IMG/VR virus record: IMGVR_UViG_3300025162_001855
Source of the DNA: a virus
Lineage: Duplodnaviria; Heunggongvirae; Uroviricota; Caudoviricetes
Length of the DNA: 64,000 nucleotides
Direction: 5' to 3' (one strand)
Shown: in pieces, positions 36,278-46,125 of the stretch
Layout: every line of letters begins with the position of its first letter
Numbering within the stretch: position 1 is the first letter of the stretch
Notes under the pieces: model-generated
Databases searched by the model: none
The model's input: only the letters and a program-made list of their open reading frames with translations
Told to the model about the DNA's origin: nothing
Translations under genes and position numbers: made by a program

Positions 36278-37162
36278 AACGCACAGTCCCACTTGGTTTG
36301 ACATAAATACAATTATGTCCAAACCTAAACAAAAATATAGAAAAGATTGCCATAAAATCTGGAGAGATGCTTATGGCGATGTTCCGGAAGGCTATGAATT
36401 ACATCATATTGTTCCCCGCCATGCTGGCGGACAAGACGTATTGGAAAACTTAGAAATAGTTACTTCGGCAGAACATAAAGAACGGCATCTAAAATTATAC
36501 GAAAAAAATGGTGATTTTAGAGACTTATGTGCCTATCATATGATAGGATATAACTTCACTGAGGCCCATAGGATATCATCAAGCGAAGGCGGGAAGGCAG
36601 GAGGAAAGAAAGTATACGAAGAAGGCATAGGTATATTTCGCTCAAAAGAAGAGCGACGAGTCTGGGCTTCTGCTGCCGGGAAAATTGGAGGGGTAACGCA
36701 ACGAGATAATAAACTCGGCATACACGGACTAACTAAAGAACAGAACCGTATCAATAGTAGTAAGGGTGGTAAGAAAGGCGGATTCACTAATCCAGAAATT
36801 CAGAGAAAGCTCGGTAAACGCGGTGGTCCAAAAAACAAAGGGTTTGTTTGGCTAACCAATGGAGTTGATACTATAAAGTATTCTCCTAAACAGCAACAAC
36901 TAAAATCTGTTGAACAATTTTTACTAGAGAATAAAGAATATAGAATAGGACGGGCACAGCACAAACCAGTTACCTGCCCATACTGTCAAAAAACCGGACA
37001 ACCCGGAGCAATGGCGTTACATCATTTTGAAAATTGTAAAAAGAGGAAAACTTAATGAGAATCAAAAAAATTACGAAACTAGCACAACCACTACTAACAG
37101 TAGATATCGAAGTTGCCGACACACATTCATATCAATTAGCTAATGGTTGGGTGGTCCACAAT
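35939..37162 (+). mobile_element. split intein 2: IntN 112 aa (35939-36274), free-standing HNH gene, IntC 36 aa (37055-37162)
   Basis: Cys1 CMDKDT, FTGEHKV; IntC MRIKK...VHN|T. Confidence 0.9.
36315..37055 (+). CDS. HNH homing endonuclease with GGK repeats and C-terminal zinc finger
   Basis: HHIVP..GG.D..ENL....EH...H; CPYC; ATG 5 nt after TAAATA. Confidence 0.85.
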   Translation: MSKPKQKYRKDCHKIWRDAYGDVPEGYELHHIVPRHAGGQDVLENLEIVTSAEHKERHLKLYEKNGDFRDLCAYHMIGYNFTEAHRISSSEGGKAGGKKVYEEGIGIFRSKEERRVWASAAGKIGGVTQRDNKLGIHGLTKEQNRINSSKGGKKGGFTNPEIQRKLGKRGGPKNKGFVWLTNGVDTIKYSPKQQQLKSVEQFLLENKEYRIGRAQHKPVTCPYCQKTGQPGAMALHHFENCKKRKT

Positions 37163-37711
37163 ACCGTTAGCCAGCTAGTTGACTCGGCTTCGGGTATTCA
37201 TCCTCGTTATGCCCAATATTATATTCGCCGTGTTCGTGCGGACAAGAAGGATCCATTGGCCAACTTTATGATCTCGCACGGTTACAAAGCCGAAGAAGAT
37301 TTCTATGCCAAATCCAATTGGGTATTCTCGTTTCCAGTAAAGGCACCCGAAGGTGCTGTTGTTACCAAAGATGTAACGGCTATCAAGCAACTTGAACTAT
37401 GGCAGACTTACCAAAATTCCTGGTGCGAGCATAAGCCATCCATTACAGTGTTCGTTGGTGATGATGAATGGATGGATGTAGGAGCTTGGGTGTTCAAAAA
37501 TATGAGCACACTATCGGGCGTATCATTCCTCCCACGCGATAACGGAACATACCGCCAAGCGCCATACGAAGAGATTACCAAAGAGAAGTTTGAAGAACTA
37601 TCAGCAGAACTCAAAGCCGATATTGATTGGACTAAGTTTATGGAAGAAACAGATATGACCAAGGGCTCGCAAGAACTAGCATGTTCGGCGGCCGGTGGTT
37701 GCGAAATCTAA
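37055..37711 (+). CDS. nrdJ: class II RNR part 3: IntC2 - C-terminal domain
   Basis: VHN|TVSQLVDSASGIHPR, EHKPSIT, YRQAPYEEI, C-terminal CSAAGGCEI. Confidence 0.92.
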   Translation: MRIKKITKLAQPLLTVDIEVADTHSYQLANGWVVHNTVSQLVDSASGIHPRYAQYYIRRVRADKKDPLANFMISHGYKAEEDFYAKSNWVFSFPVKAPEGAVVTKDVTAIKQLELWQTYQNSWCEHKPSITVFVGDDEWMDVGAWVFKNMSTLSGVSFLPRDNGTYRQAPYEEITKEKFEELSAELKADIDWTKFMEETDMTKGSQELACSAAGGCEI

Positions 37712-37768
37712 ATAGATGTGCTATAATTAACAAAGAGTTTAACTTCGATATAAATAGAGGAGAGAAGA

Positions 37769-38353
37769 ATGAGTTATAAATGGACCATAGACAAAGAATT
37801 TAGTTGGGAAGGCGGACACAGGGTCTGGGCTCAAAAACTAAACCATCCCCACCTAAGTATCAGTACAGAGTGCGCCTGTCGCCACCTCCATGGTCATTCC
37901 TATACTATCAAGGTGTTTCTGGGTGCAGACACATTGGACCAATCACAAATGGTCACGGACTTCAAGAATCTAAACTTCATGAAGGAGTTTGTGGATAACG
38001 TACTTGATCACAAGTTTATGATCGATATCAACGATCCGAACTTTTCTCTTATCACGGGTATTCCTGACGATTTGGGTCAAAATACCCAAGCACTACAATC
38101 CATTATTACCCGTAAAGGCAACTTTCAAAATCTAGGAGCCTTGCAGCCATCTCTTATGGGCGTAAAGTCTCCGGCTAAAGAAAATGTGCAACTGCACCGT
38201 AATAGTTTTGTGTTGGTGGACTTTGTTCCAACATCCGAAAACATTTGCAAGTATCTAAAGCAATATGCCCAAGAGTTTATTGGAGATGTTGCTACGGTTA
38301 CTGCGCTAGAGCTTTGGGAGACTCGCAAAAGCCACTGCCGTTACGTTGGCTAG
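37769..38353 (+). CDS. queD: 6-carboxy-5,6,7,8-tetrahydropterin synthase
   Basis: GHR, CRHLHGHSY, LDH, PTSEN, LWET. Confidence 0.88.
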   Translation: MSYKWTIDKEFSWEGGHRVWAQKLNHPHLSISTECACRHLHGHSYTIKVFLGADTLDQSQMVTDFKNLNFMKEFVDNVLDHKFMIDINDPNFSLITGIPDDLGQNTQALQSIITRKGNFQNLGALQPSLMGVKSPAKENVQLHRNSFVLVDFVPTSENICKYLKQYAQEFIGDVATVTALELWETRKSHCRYVG

Positions 38354-38401
38354 GTGTTGCTGATGGGATACAAGCCCGTCTATTCTGTAAATATTTACAG
38401 A

Positions 38402-38542
38402 ATGAACCGACTTACACGAATCATACGTTACGCCTTTATTAAACGACAACGAGCCAAACGCGGAAGTTACGCGGTGCTAGAACGTGCCGTGGATCGCGCA
38501 ATCCGTGCAATGGAAGAAGAGGTTAAGGTAAAACAGCCTTAG
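38402..38542 (+). CDS. 46-aa basic peptide
   Basis: ATG within a palindrome carrying TAAATA; overlaps the convergent endolysin end. Confidence 0.35.
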   Translation: MNRLTRIIRYAFIKRQRAKRGSYAVLERAVDRAIRAMEEEVKVKQP

Positions 38543-39137
38543 CCTGATTGTACAACTTGGTTCGATTATCGAGCCCGTTAGTACCACCGTTGATAATCTT
38601 TGTCATGTGGACAATGTCGTCGGCGTCGGCTGCGGCATTAATGTTGTGCAAAGTCCAATACCAACCTGCGGACCGTGTGGCATCCAATGGTGTCTCGAGC
38701 AACGTTGGATTGGTAACTAAATCCAATTGCAACGATGTGCCGCAAAGAGTATAATTGGTCTTTCCGGTAATTTGAATTATTCCACGACCCCTAAATTTCC
38801 AACCTTCTCCCGATGCCTCGTCACCGTTGCCCATTCTGTTGGCGTACATGTGATTGGCAATCTTTTGTGGCTGGCGGGAATATTGATCGGCTACTTCCAC
38901 AGATGGGAAGTATTTTGGATAGAGCGTATGCAATGCATCCGACGAGTAGTTTAGGTTTTCAACCACTGCACTAAAATTTCCACTTTCGTGGCAGCATTGA
39001 GCTAGAAAGCCGGCAATGCGATTCTTAGTGTTGATGCTGTTGGCATCCATTGTTGAATTTAGCGCATCGAGATACAATGCAAGATTTGCTTGCTTCGCCT
39101 GTGGAAACATTTGTTCTAGTTGTGTTATTGTTATCAT
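38523..39137 (-). CDS. GH19 family endolysin
   Basis: FLAQCCHESG, ENLNYS, FRGRGIIQITGKTNY, TKIINGGTNGL. Confidence 0.92.
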   Translation of the reverse strand: MITITQLEQMFPQAKQANLALYLDALNSTMDANSINTKNRIAGFLAQCCHESGNFSAVVENLNYSSDALHTLYPKYFPSVEVADQYSRQPQKIANHMYANRMGNGDEASGEGWKFRGRGIIQITGKTNYTLCGTSLQLDLVTNPTLLETPLDATRSAGWYWTLHNINAAADADDIVHMTKIINGGTNGLDNRTKLYNQAKAVLP

Positions 39138-39847
39138 TGTGGTAGACTTAGGTCCTGTGTAGTTTTATTCTTGATGAACTTTGATAGCTTGGCAAGGAAT
39201 CCTTGATTACGAAGAATCTTGAATGCTAAATTTTCAGCACCATACATGCCGGCTTCGGCAATGCCGGACTTACGCATCTTAATAATCTTCTGACGAAGCG
39301 AATCCGCTCCATCAATGTCATCATGGGAAACAACTGTATCAATTGATCCCATTAAATCTCTAGTTTTTGCAGCAACCGCATGGTTATCGATTGTTGGTTT
39401 TTCTTTTACTGGCTCGGTAAGCCACACATTGTCGATGATCGAAAACGTACCATTGCTAACTGGCGGATGCTTAGATGATTCGGCATATAGCTCAACACTA
39501 TATCCGTGGATGGTTATTGGGTAGTGATCATTCCATATTGCCTTCTTGGCTTGAAATAGTTGCTCAACTAGCTTGTCATCAAAGCCCAAGTCGTCGTGGT
39601 CATAAACCACATGGACATCAAAGTCGCTGTATGGTGTGTAGTTATAGCTGGCCATTGATCCAGTAAGTTGAATGTCCATTAGTGGGAAATCTTCAATTTC
39701 CAAAGATTCAATAAACTTTTCGGCTATTTGCAATAAGTGGTATCGAACCTCATGATCCAGTTCAGTGCCATTCCACACTTCGGGGTTGAGTGTATCGTGG
39801 AATTGAATGTTCTTGTCTATGAATCTGGAGACGTTCATTTCTTCCAA
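39134..39847 (-). CDS. Pol-beta-superfamily nucleotidyltransferase
   Basis: LTGSMASYNYTPYSDFDVHV, VELY. Confidence 0.75.
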   Translation of the reverse strand: MEEMNVSRFIDKNIQFHDTLNPEVWNGTELDHEVRYHLLQIAEKFIESLEIEDFPLMDIQLTGSMASYNYTPYSDFDVHVVYDHDDLGFDDKLVEQLFQAKKAIWNDHYPITIHGYSVELYAESSKHPPVSNGTFSIIDNVWLTEPVKEKPTIDNHAVAAKTRDLMGSIDTVVSHDDIDGADSLRQKIIKMRKSGIAEAGMYGAENLAFKILRNQGFLAKLSKFIKNKTTQDLSLPQ

Positions 39848-40170
39848 AAGTTGCTAATAGAAGCAACCATGTCCTTAAGGGCTTGGTCAGTGTCATCATC
39901 CTCTTTGTCATCTTCGGCTTTTTGGTTAACAGTTTTAAGTGGTTCATCGCCAACAGGATTTTCTTTGGTCAAGTCTGGACGGCTGAACCAAAGTTTGAAC
40001 CATTGCTCCGTACCGGGCTTGATGTTTTTCTCGCGTTGAATCTTGCCTTTCTCGTTTCCGGTAATGCTTAGGTTACTTCCGGTCCATTTGCTCCAGTCAA
40101 CATTCTTACCACCTTGTATAAAGTGGTCCAGGCCGGCAAGTTTACGAATGTCATCTAGTTCGTCGGACAT
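39835..40170 (-). CDS. putative head-internal protein
   Basis: IRKLAGL motif; KPGTEQWFKLWF. Confidence 0.65.
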   Translation of the reverse strand: MSDELDDIRKLAGLDHFIQGGKNVDWSKWTGSNLSITGNEKGKIQREKNIKPGTEQWFKLWFSRPDLTKENPVGDEPLKTVNQKAEDDKEDDDTDQALKDMVASISNFWKK

Positions 40171-41933
40171 TACTTCTTTTCCTGCTTAGGTGTATCAAAA
40201 TAGAATTCCGGCGATGCTCGGGCTTGCCCATTGTTCCAGTTCACTCCGTTAACAAACGAAAAGACACTGTTTGGCTTGAGGATTTCCTTTTCAAATTGTG
40301 TCGCAGCAAATACTCTAAAACTTCTCGAATATCTGTTAAAGAATAGGAAGTGGTCCTTACCGCTTTCCTCTCCATCTTGTCTGTACATATATGCTGCCAA
40401 GTAACCCACATACTTCATGAAGTCACCGCGATAGCTAGTGTCAATGTGTCCATCCGAATCAATCATTGATTCAACCTTTGACAATACCATTGGGCGTGAT
40501 ATTTCATCTACTGCCCACTTGTATGGAACCGACAGCATGTCGGTTAATAGTTTTGCTCGGTCTTTCTTACTGAGTTTCTTACCGAGACGATCAAATTCTT
40601 TATTGTAGTCCGCAAGACCCTTTTGTGTTAGCTTGAAGCGAGGAACCTTCGTACCCGGGTAGAAAAACTCTCGGAAGCCGTAACCTTCCAATATGTTCTT
40701 AACCATTGGCCATGCTACCTTGCCAGTTACCAATGCCGATGCACCCATTACAGATCCACTGCGTCCTGTTCCCGATGGTCCCGATGACTTGACTTCGTAT
40801 TTCTTACCATTGATCATTAAGTCGCCCTTACTCAACTTGATTGTAAAGTCACCGAGCAGAATAAATGCTAGCTCACCCTTACCAACTTCGGAACTAGTGT
40901 CGGGCTGTACTTCGATAAAATCCGAAATGACTTTTTCAAACACTGGTTGTTGCGCACTATCAACGAAATCATCAATTTTACCTTTGCCACTGGAAATAAG
41001 AGACTTCATGTCGATAATCGATTTTTCTTTGTTGGCTGCAATTTTAAGAAATGCAATTGCATCTTCGGTATCGATTTTTCTTCTTCGGAAAATACCCACA
41101 TACGTATCGACTAACTTGTCCGATGGAATTGGTGTAAACTTATGCAGCATTTCTTTAACGGATGCAGTCAGTGCATCACCTTCGGCCACAGCCGCTTTCT
41201 TACCGGCAACAACACCGGCAACGTGAGCTTCTTTTGTAGCGTCAATTAAAATCTGTTCAATGCGGCTTCTTATGGCGGCATATTCCGGCGACGATGCTGG
41301 CAATGCTTGCGTAATGTCCTGGATAAGTTTTTGGGTTATGGCGTCAACGGAATCAACGTCGGTCTCCGGCGATTCAGTAAGTTCGGGTGTCATTGGTTCC
41401 TCGTGTTTCTTGAGTAAAGCATCAACCCATCGCGACAGCGCCTGAAGTTTCAGTTTAATTGGTCCGGCTTTACTTGGATCATCGTGTACTTCTTGCTGAA
41501 TTATTTCCAGCTTATTAACAATTTCGTTGCCAACAGACTCTTTGATGATTGGGCGCTCGTCAAAGTAGTGTGGGAATGCCTTATCAAAATGGCGCATAAT
41601 AACGCCGGCTTTAACGTGGGCATCGTTCTCTTCGGGACTTCCAGTCTTACCACTCTTTGGCCCAAGCTCTTGTTCAAGCCATTGTTTAAAGTGTGCTAGT
41701 TCATGGGCCAATGTGCGCAGCACATCGAGTGGGTGTCTATTCTTGACACCAAGGTATATAGTTGCTTTCTTATTGTCAAATTTACCAAACGTTGGTTGTT
41801 TGGGGTCGGAAACCCTCATCTCAAGTTCAATTGATGGTAGCTTGGTCAATCCCAACTCTTTCATTGCCAGGGGTAAAAAGTCGGCAAACGCCTTCATTAA
41901 ATTCGGTTCTTCGGTGACTTCGATTATTCGCAT
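40170..41933 (-). CDS. modular protein: zincin (HExxH) plus C-terminal PD-(D/E)XK-like domain
   Basis: RTLAHELAHFKQ; GKGE...KGDL....YEVKS; MRIIEV N-terminus. Confidence 0.7.
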   Translation of the reverse strand: MRIIEVTEEPNLMKAFADFLPLAMKELGLTKLPSIELEMRVSDPKQPTFGKFDNKKATIYLGVKNRHPLDVLRTLAHELAHFKQWLEQELGPKSGKTGSPEENDAHVKAGVIMRHFDKAFPHYFDERPIIKESVGNEIVNKLEIIQQEVHDDPSKAGPIKLKLQALSRWVDALLKKHEEPMTPELTESPETDVDSVDAITQKLIQDITQALPASSPEYAAIRSRIEQILIDATKEAHVAGVVAGKKAAVAEGDALTASVKEMLHKFTPIPSDKLVDTYVGIFRRRKIDTEDAIAFLKIAANKEKSIIDMKSLISSGKGKIDDFVDSAQQPVFEKVISDFIEVQPDTSSEVGKGELAFILLGDFTIKLSKGDLMINGKKYEVKSSGPSGTGRSGSVMGASALVTGKVAWPMVKNILEGYGFREFFYPGTKVPRFKLTQKGLADYNKEFDRLGKKLSKKDRAKLLTDMLSVPYKWAVDEISRPMVLSKVESMIDSDGHIDTSYRGDFMKYVGYLAAYMYRQDGEESGKDHFLFFNRYSRSFRVFAATQFEKEILKPNSVFSFVNGVNWNNGQARASPEFYFDTPKQEKK

Positions 41934-41936
41934 CAG

Positions 41937-42350
41937 TTATTTAGCTCCAGATGTCCAAGCAAACTGTCTCGCATCACCCTTGCTTGCCTTGAATCCCAGA
42001 GAGATATAAAACTTCTTGAGCTTACTCAACGGTGTCTTACTCTTGTCCCATGCAAATAGCTCTAGATTTATGCCGGCTTGCTTTGCTTCGTTTTGCAACT
42101 GTATCATGCCACGCTTGCCAACACCCTTTCCCTGTGGAAATGCATGGACAAATTTAATCTCGACCCAATCGGGACCTTTGAAACTAGTTGTAAGCTCAAA
42201 CAATGCAACCGATTGTCCTTCATCGTATACCATTCCAAATTCTTTGTTGTTCATTGGATTGGATGGATATTTGGCGTACATTGCATCGACAAACTTCTTT
42301 GCCGGTGTATTGTTATCGGAGAGCTTCAGTGCTACTTCACTGATTTTCAT
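41937..42350 (-). CDS. GNAT acetyltransferase
   Basis: AFPQGKGVG acetyl-CoA motif, LKKFYISLGF; MKISEV. Confidence 0.75.
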   Translation of the reverse strand: MKISEVALKLSDNNTPAKKFVDAMYAKYPSNPMNNKEFGMVYDEGQSVALFELTTSFKGPDWVEIKFVHAFPQGKGVGKRGMIQLQNEAKQAGINLELFAWDKSKTPLSKLKKFYISLGFKASKGDARQFAWTSGAK

Positions 42351-43555
42351 TTCTTTGGTTTTGCCTTGAGTCTTGAACGAGCGTATGCGATATATTGGGT
42401 ATCATCCCCATTAACTAAATCATGCTTTGATATCTTTGCCGGAATGTTGGATATTGTTGCCGGTTCATCCCAGCTACTTCGAGGAGGTTCAACAACTTGA
42501 TGGTTTTGTTTTTTCGCTGCCTTAATCTGGTCTCTGGAGTATAACGATCTCATGGTTTGCGTGATTAGATCTGGATCGTGGGCCAATCTATCCCATACCC
42601 TAGCACCTGCTGCCGTTTGTGAGTGATCCGAAATCAAAACAAGGCCCAGTTTCATAATCAAATTCTTGTAGAATTCCGATGCCCAAACACGGTTACGTTT
42701 CATGCTGTCTAGACTTGAGATTTCAAAGGAAGCCAATTTACCTTTGAATGTTCGCATATGGCCACATACCTCAATGCACGACTGGCCATTGATGCTGCCG
42801 GCAAATTTGTGATCGCGCACGCTGTAATATACGTCAACAGTATCTCTTAGGTGACTCTTAAAGGAGAATATCTTTTTAAAATCTTCATCTTCAAGATCTT
42901 GGGCATCTGGCCAATAGATGCCTTTACTCACACTAGAAACTCGTTCTACTTCGTTAATTTTCATTTCTTTGATCCTCAATAAAGGAGGGTAGCCATCTTT
43001 GGTAACCGAGTTACCAAACTTCTTGGCTTCGATGCTAGTCTGATCATAACCAACATCTTTTGTTTTATTTGTCTTGGTGATGCGGCCAACACCTTCGCCA
43101 ACTGGCTTGGTAACACGCCGTAACACAAACTCGGGGAAAATATGGAATTTTGGAAAGTCGTTACATTCAGCTGGATTGACCCGCCTGTATCCAAACTTTG
43201 AAGCAAACCGGTCTATCAACTTACCGTATAAACTCTTCCTACTCTCTTCCGACGCACTGAATATAAGGAACTTTGGATGACCGACTTCCTTTAGATACAT
43301 TTCGACGGACAATAACACTGTACCGAATATGGCAATTGCATCGCCTTGTTTTGTTACCTTTGTTTTTCCATTTCTATCAAATTCTATGTTGACCGTCCTA
43401 TCGCTAGCAGTACCGATGGGATAAAAGCCAATAGCAAGTTCATGATCATCTTTTGTTCTGGCGTGAATATATGATATCTGGGATATAGAACCGCCATGTA
43501 TTTGCCAACTAAGATAGTACGCTTTCTCGGGCTGGAATAATTCGTCGAGTCTCAT
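42347..43555 (-). CDS. multi-module protein with C-terminal GNAT-like module and probable internal start at 42964
   Basis: MRLDEL; internal AGGA-8-ATG MKINEV; LISDHSQTAAGARVW. Confidence 0.7.
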   Translation of the reverse strand: MRLDELFQPEKAYYLSWQIHGGSISQISYIHARTKDDHELAIGFYPIGTASDRTVNIEFDRNGKTKVTKQGDAIAIFGTVLLSVEMYLKEVGHPKFLIFSASEESRKSLYGKLIDRFASKFGYRRVNPAECNDFPKFHIFPEFVLRRVTKPVGEGVGRITKTNKTKDVGYDQTSIEAKKFGNSVTKDGYPPLLRIKEMKINEVERVSSVSKGIYWPDAQDLEDEDFKKIFSFKSHLRDTVDVYYSVRDHKFAGSINGQSCIEVCGHMRTFKGKLASFEISSLDSMKRNRVWASEFYKNLIMKLGLVLISDHSQTAAGARVWDRLAHDPDLITQTMRSLYSRDQIKAAKKQNHQVVEPPRSSWDEPATISNIPAKISKHDLVNGDDTQYIAYARSRLKAKPKK

Positions 43556-44427
43556 ACCTTGCCTTCGCTAAACGAATGCACACGACGCTCGACCTTAGAT
43601 ACCCATTCTTTACTTGGGCGGCCCGAACCATGATAGTATTGCAGCACCTTGCTTGGATCTTTGCGACTTACTAAGCACCACTTGCCATTGCGGTGGGCCA
43701 ATGTTTCTTCGAGATTAACTTCCTTGAGATGCTCGTCACCAATCTTGTGACCCTCTTTCTCCATCTCCTCTTTCCAATCCTTGATCATTTCTTCTTTTTC
43801 TGGATTGCCGTTTAGCTTGTCAAGAATGCTTTCAACACTCAACACATCGTCGGCTTTAGCATTTGGTCCCAGCAATGTCTTGGCCACATAGTCTTGTTCC
43901 TGACCACCGGTTAATGGATTGCCGGTTGTGCGCGAACTTAGGCCATTGAGCCAACTCCACTTGAGACCATGATGCTTGGCAACTGCGCTCAATAGCTTGT
44001 GCTTGTCGGCATCCTTAAAGGCGCTTGGCACTGCTGCCATGCTCCACTTTGAGAATCCGAGATTTGGAAGAAACATGAAATCTGTTTGCACGTAGCCGTT
44101 CTTACCGTCACCCTTGATTGGGGTACGAAAATGAACGCTGGATCCTGATTTCTTAATAAGTGCAGATTTGTCGTGCTTAACAGCCCATGCTGTAAGTTTG
44201 GTGGCTAGTTCTTCTTTATTGCTGGTGGCTACATCAATCCCAAGATCCAAATCGCCGCTGGATTCTTTGCGACCAGTAGTCCCAAGCATATTATCCAAAA
44301 GTGGTAATCCGGTTAGCTTTTCAAGCCATGCAACAGTGGGTGCAACATCGGCTTTATTGATTCTTTGGGTTACATCGGGACCCTTCCAAACATTTCCACC
44401 TTCGATTAGAAATTCTGTTGCTCGCAT
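43552..44427 (-). CDS. Pol-beta-like nucleotidyltransferase plus small C-terminal module
   Basis: LGTTG...SGDLDLGID...VQTDFM; MRATEF. Confidence 0.72.
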   Translation of the reverse strand: MRATEFLIEGGNVWKGPDVTQRINKADVAPTVAWLEKLTGLPLLDNMLGTTGRKESSGDLDLGIDVATSNKEELATKLTAWAVKHDKSALIKKSGSSVHFRTPIKGDGKNGYVQTDFMFLPNLGFSKWSMAAVPSAFKDADKHKLLSAVAKHHGLKWSWLNGLSSRTTGNPLTGGQEQDYVAKTLLGPNAKADDVLSVESILDKLNGNPEKEEMIKDWKEEMEKEGHKIGDEHLKEVNLEETLAHRNGKWCLVSRKDPSKVLQYYHGSGRPSKEWVSKVERRVHSFSEGKV

Positions 44428-44449
44428 AGATACACCCTTCAATTTTAAC

Positions 44450-44463
44450 TATTTAGCTAAATA
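44450..44463. promoter_or_regulatory. back-to-back late-type promoters (palindrome TATTTAGCTAAATA)
   Basis: sits between divergent genes, TAAATA on both strands. Confidence 0.65.
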
Positions 44464-44483
44464 TTTCTATAAGAGGGTTTGAT

Positions 44484-45797
44484 ATGCGCTTCATAGAATT
44501 TGGACTACTGCTCGAGGATGAAGTCCCAGCAGAAGAAACTACATTTGCTTATTCCGATACGGCCGAGATTAGTGCTGCTGCAATGCCGCTTTTACAGGCC
44601 AAAGTCGATAAGATTAACAAAAAAGCCGCAAAACTTGGTGCCCCAACTGTAACTCTTACAAAGGAAGAGGAATTTTACAAAGAGGTGCCATCTGAGCCGG
44701 GTGAGAAATCTGCTGTCAAAGAACTCTATTACAGAGTTAAGATTGCAGGTGCTGCCCCAAAAGTTGAGGGTTACAAATTCCTCGCCACAATTGAACACAC
44801 TGCCGGGGGTAACATTATCCGTACTGCCCCGGGATACGAAGAAAATGCTAACATCAAGAAGTTTTATACTGCCCGTCCGGATTATTGCGATCATTGCCAT
44901 AAAATTCGCCAACGAATAGATACGTTTATTGTTGCCGACGAGAAGGGCAACTTGCGCCAAATTGGGCGTAACTGCTTATCGGACTTCTTGGGTGGACTCG
45001 ACCCAAAAGCCATGCTCTATTACTTCAGCTTGCGTAACTTGGTACAAGAGGCTGTCAAGGATGCCGAATCCGAGGGCGAAGGATCTATACGAGGTCATAA
45101 GAGAGACAGAACCGTTGAACGTGATGTATTGCTCCGGACTGCGGCTGCAATGATTCGTGTGTTTGGTTACAGGAAGCGCATGGATCCAGTAGACGATTTT
45201 AGTTATCGTCCAAGCACCGGCCAGGCACTATGGTGGGTATTCTTTGGTAACCACGACCCCAAGACTATGGATGACGAAGATAAGCAATGGCTCGAGCTTG
45301 CCAAGAACGGCATCACTGCTGTGGATGACAAGGCAGTAAAGAATGCACTCGATTGGTTCAATGCATTACCCCCAGCCGAGAAGGACAACAATACCTTCTT
45401 GCATAACTTGGACGTTATTCTTAAGGCGCCACAAGTATCAACACGCAACATTGGATATGCCGTTGCTGTATTCCCGTGCTACTATCGCGCACTCCACGCC
45501 GGTGAACAAAAGAAAGAGCAGGCCAAGAAATCCAATGAATGGATTGGTAATGATGGTGACAAGTTTACCAATCTCAAAGTTACCATCATTGATACCAAGC
45601 TACTCAATACAAACTTTGGTACCACGCAACTTGTCCGCATGGAGGATGAGAAGGGTAATGCTATCACGTGGTTCAACAGTGGTGCCAAGGCCGGCTTTGA
45701 TAAGGGTGATCAGTTAACCATCAAGGGCACAATCAAAAAGCAAGATGAGTTTAAGGGTCGCAAGCAAACATTAGTAACGCGGGTTAAGAAATTATAG
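44484..45797 (+). CDS. large hypothetical protein with Cys motif and probable C-terminal OB fold
   Basis: CDHC...IGRNCL; C-terminal beta-rich segment GDQLTIKGTIK...TLVTR; MRFIEF. Confidence 0.75.
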   Translation: MRFIEFGLLLEDEVPAEETTFAYSDTAEISAAAMPLLQAKVDKINKKAAKLGAPTVTLTKEEEFYKEVPSEPGEKSAVKELYYRVKIAGAAPKVEGYKFLATIEHTAGGNIIRTAPGYEENANIKKFYTARPDYCDHCHKIRQRIDTFIVADEKGNLRQIGRNCLSDFLGGLDPKAMLYYFSLRNLVQEAVKDAESEGEGSIRGHKRDRTVERDVLLRTAAAMIRVFGYRKRMDPVDDFSYRPSTGQALWWVFFGNHDPKTMDDEDKQWLELAKNGITAVDDKAVKNALDWFNALPPAEKDNNTFLHNLDVILKAPQVSTRNIGYAVAVFPCYYRALHAGEQKKEQAKKSNEWIGNDGDKFTNLKVTIIDTKLLNTNFGTTQLVRMEDEKGNAITWFNSGAKAGFDKGDQLTIKGTIKKQDEFKGRKQTLVTRVKKL

Positions 45798-46125
45798 CCG
45801 ATGCCGGAATGCTACCTTTGTGTAGTAAGTATCCTTCTGATTGTCCTGTGTAACGTAGATTATTTGGATCTAGTTTTGTTGCATCCACCGTAATGTAGTC
45901 GGATCCAAAGTATCCTTCTTTTGGAGCAAGCCACACATAGCCATCTGGGCTTGGCTCAGCAAATAATTGTTCGAGTTCTTTTTCCGATGGTCTTAGCTGA
46001 TATCCTTTGATACCGGATGGATCTACTGATCGACCTCGGAGATTGTGATACAATAATGCGGGTGCTTCGGTGGTTGCGCGGCCCTTACGGCCAATTGGAA
46101 TATTGATAAATTCTTGGGCTCGCAT
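45784..46125 (-). CDS. putative ADP-ribosyltransferase-fold protein
   Basis: LYH, YVWLA, EGYLL.KGSIP..AI; MRAQEF. Confidence 0.45.
   Translation of the reverse strand: MRAQEFINIPIGRKGRATTEAPALLYHNLRGRSVDPSGIKGYQLRPSEKELEQLFAEPSPDGYVWLAPKEGYFGSDYITVDATKLDPNNLRYTGQSEGYLLHKGSIPASAIIS

Noticed and set aside
20519-41226. Long antisense ORFs in the track (e.g. 20519-21001, 22003-22515, 26818-27249, 40693-41226)
   Set aside because: Shadow frames of well-supported opposite-strand genes; no RBS or recognisable motifs.
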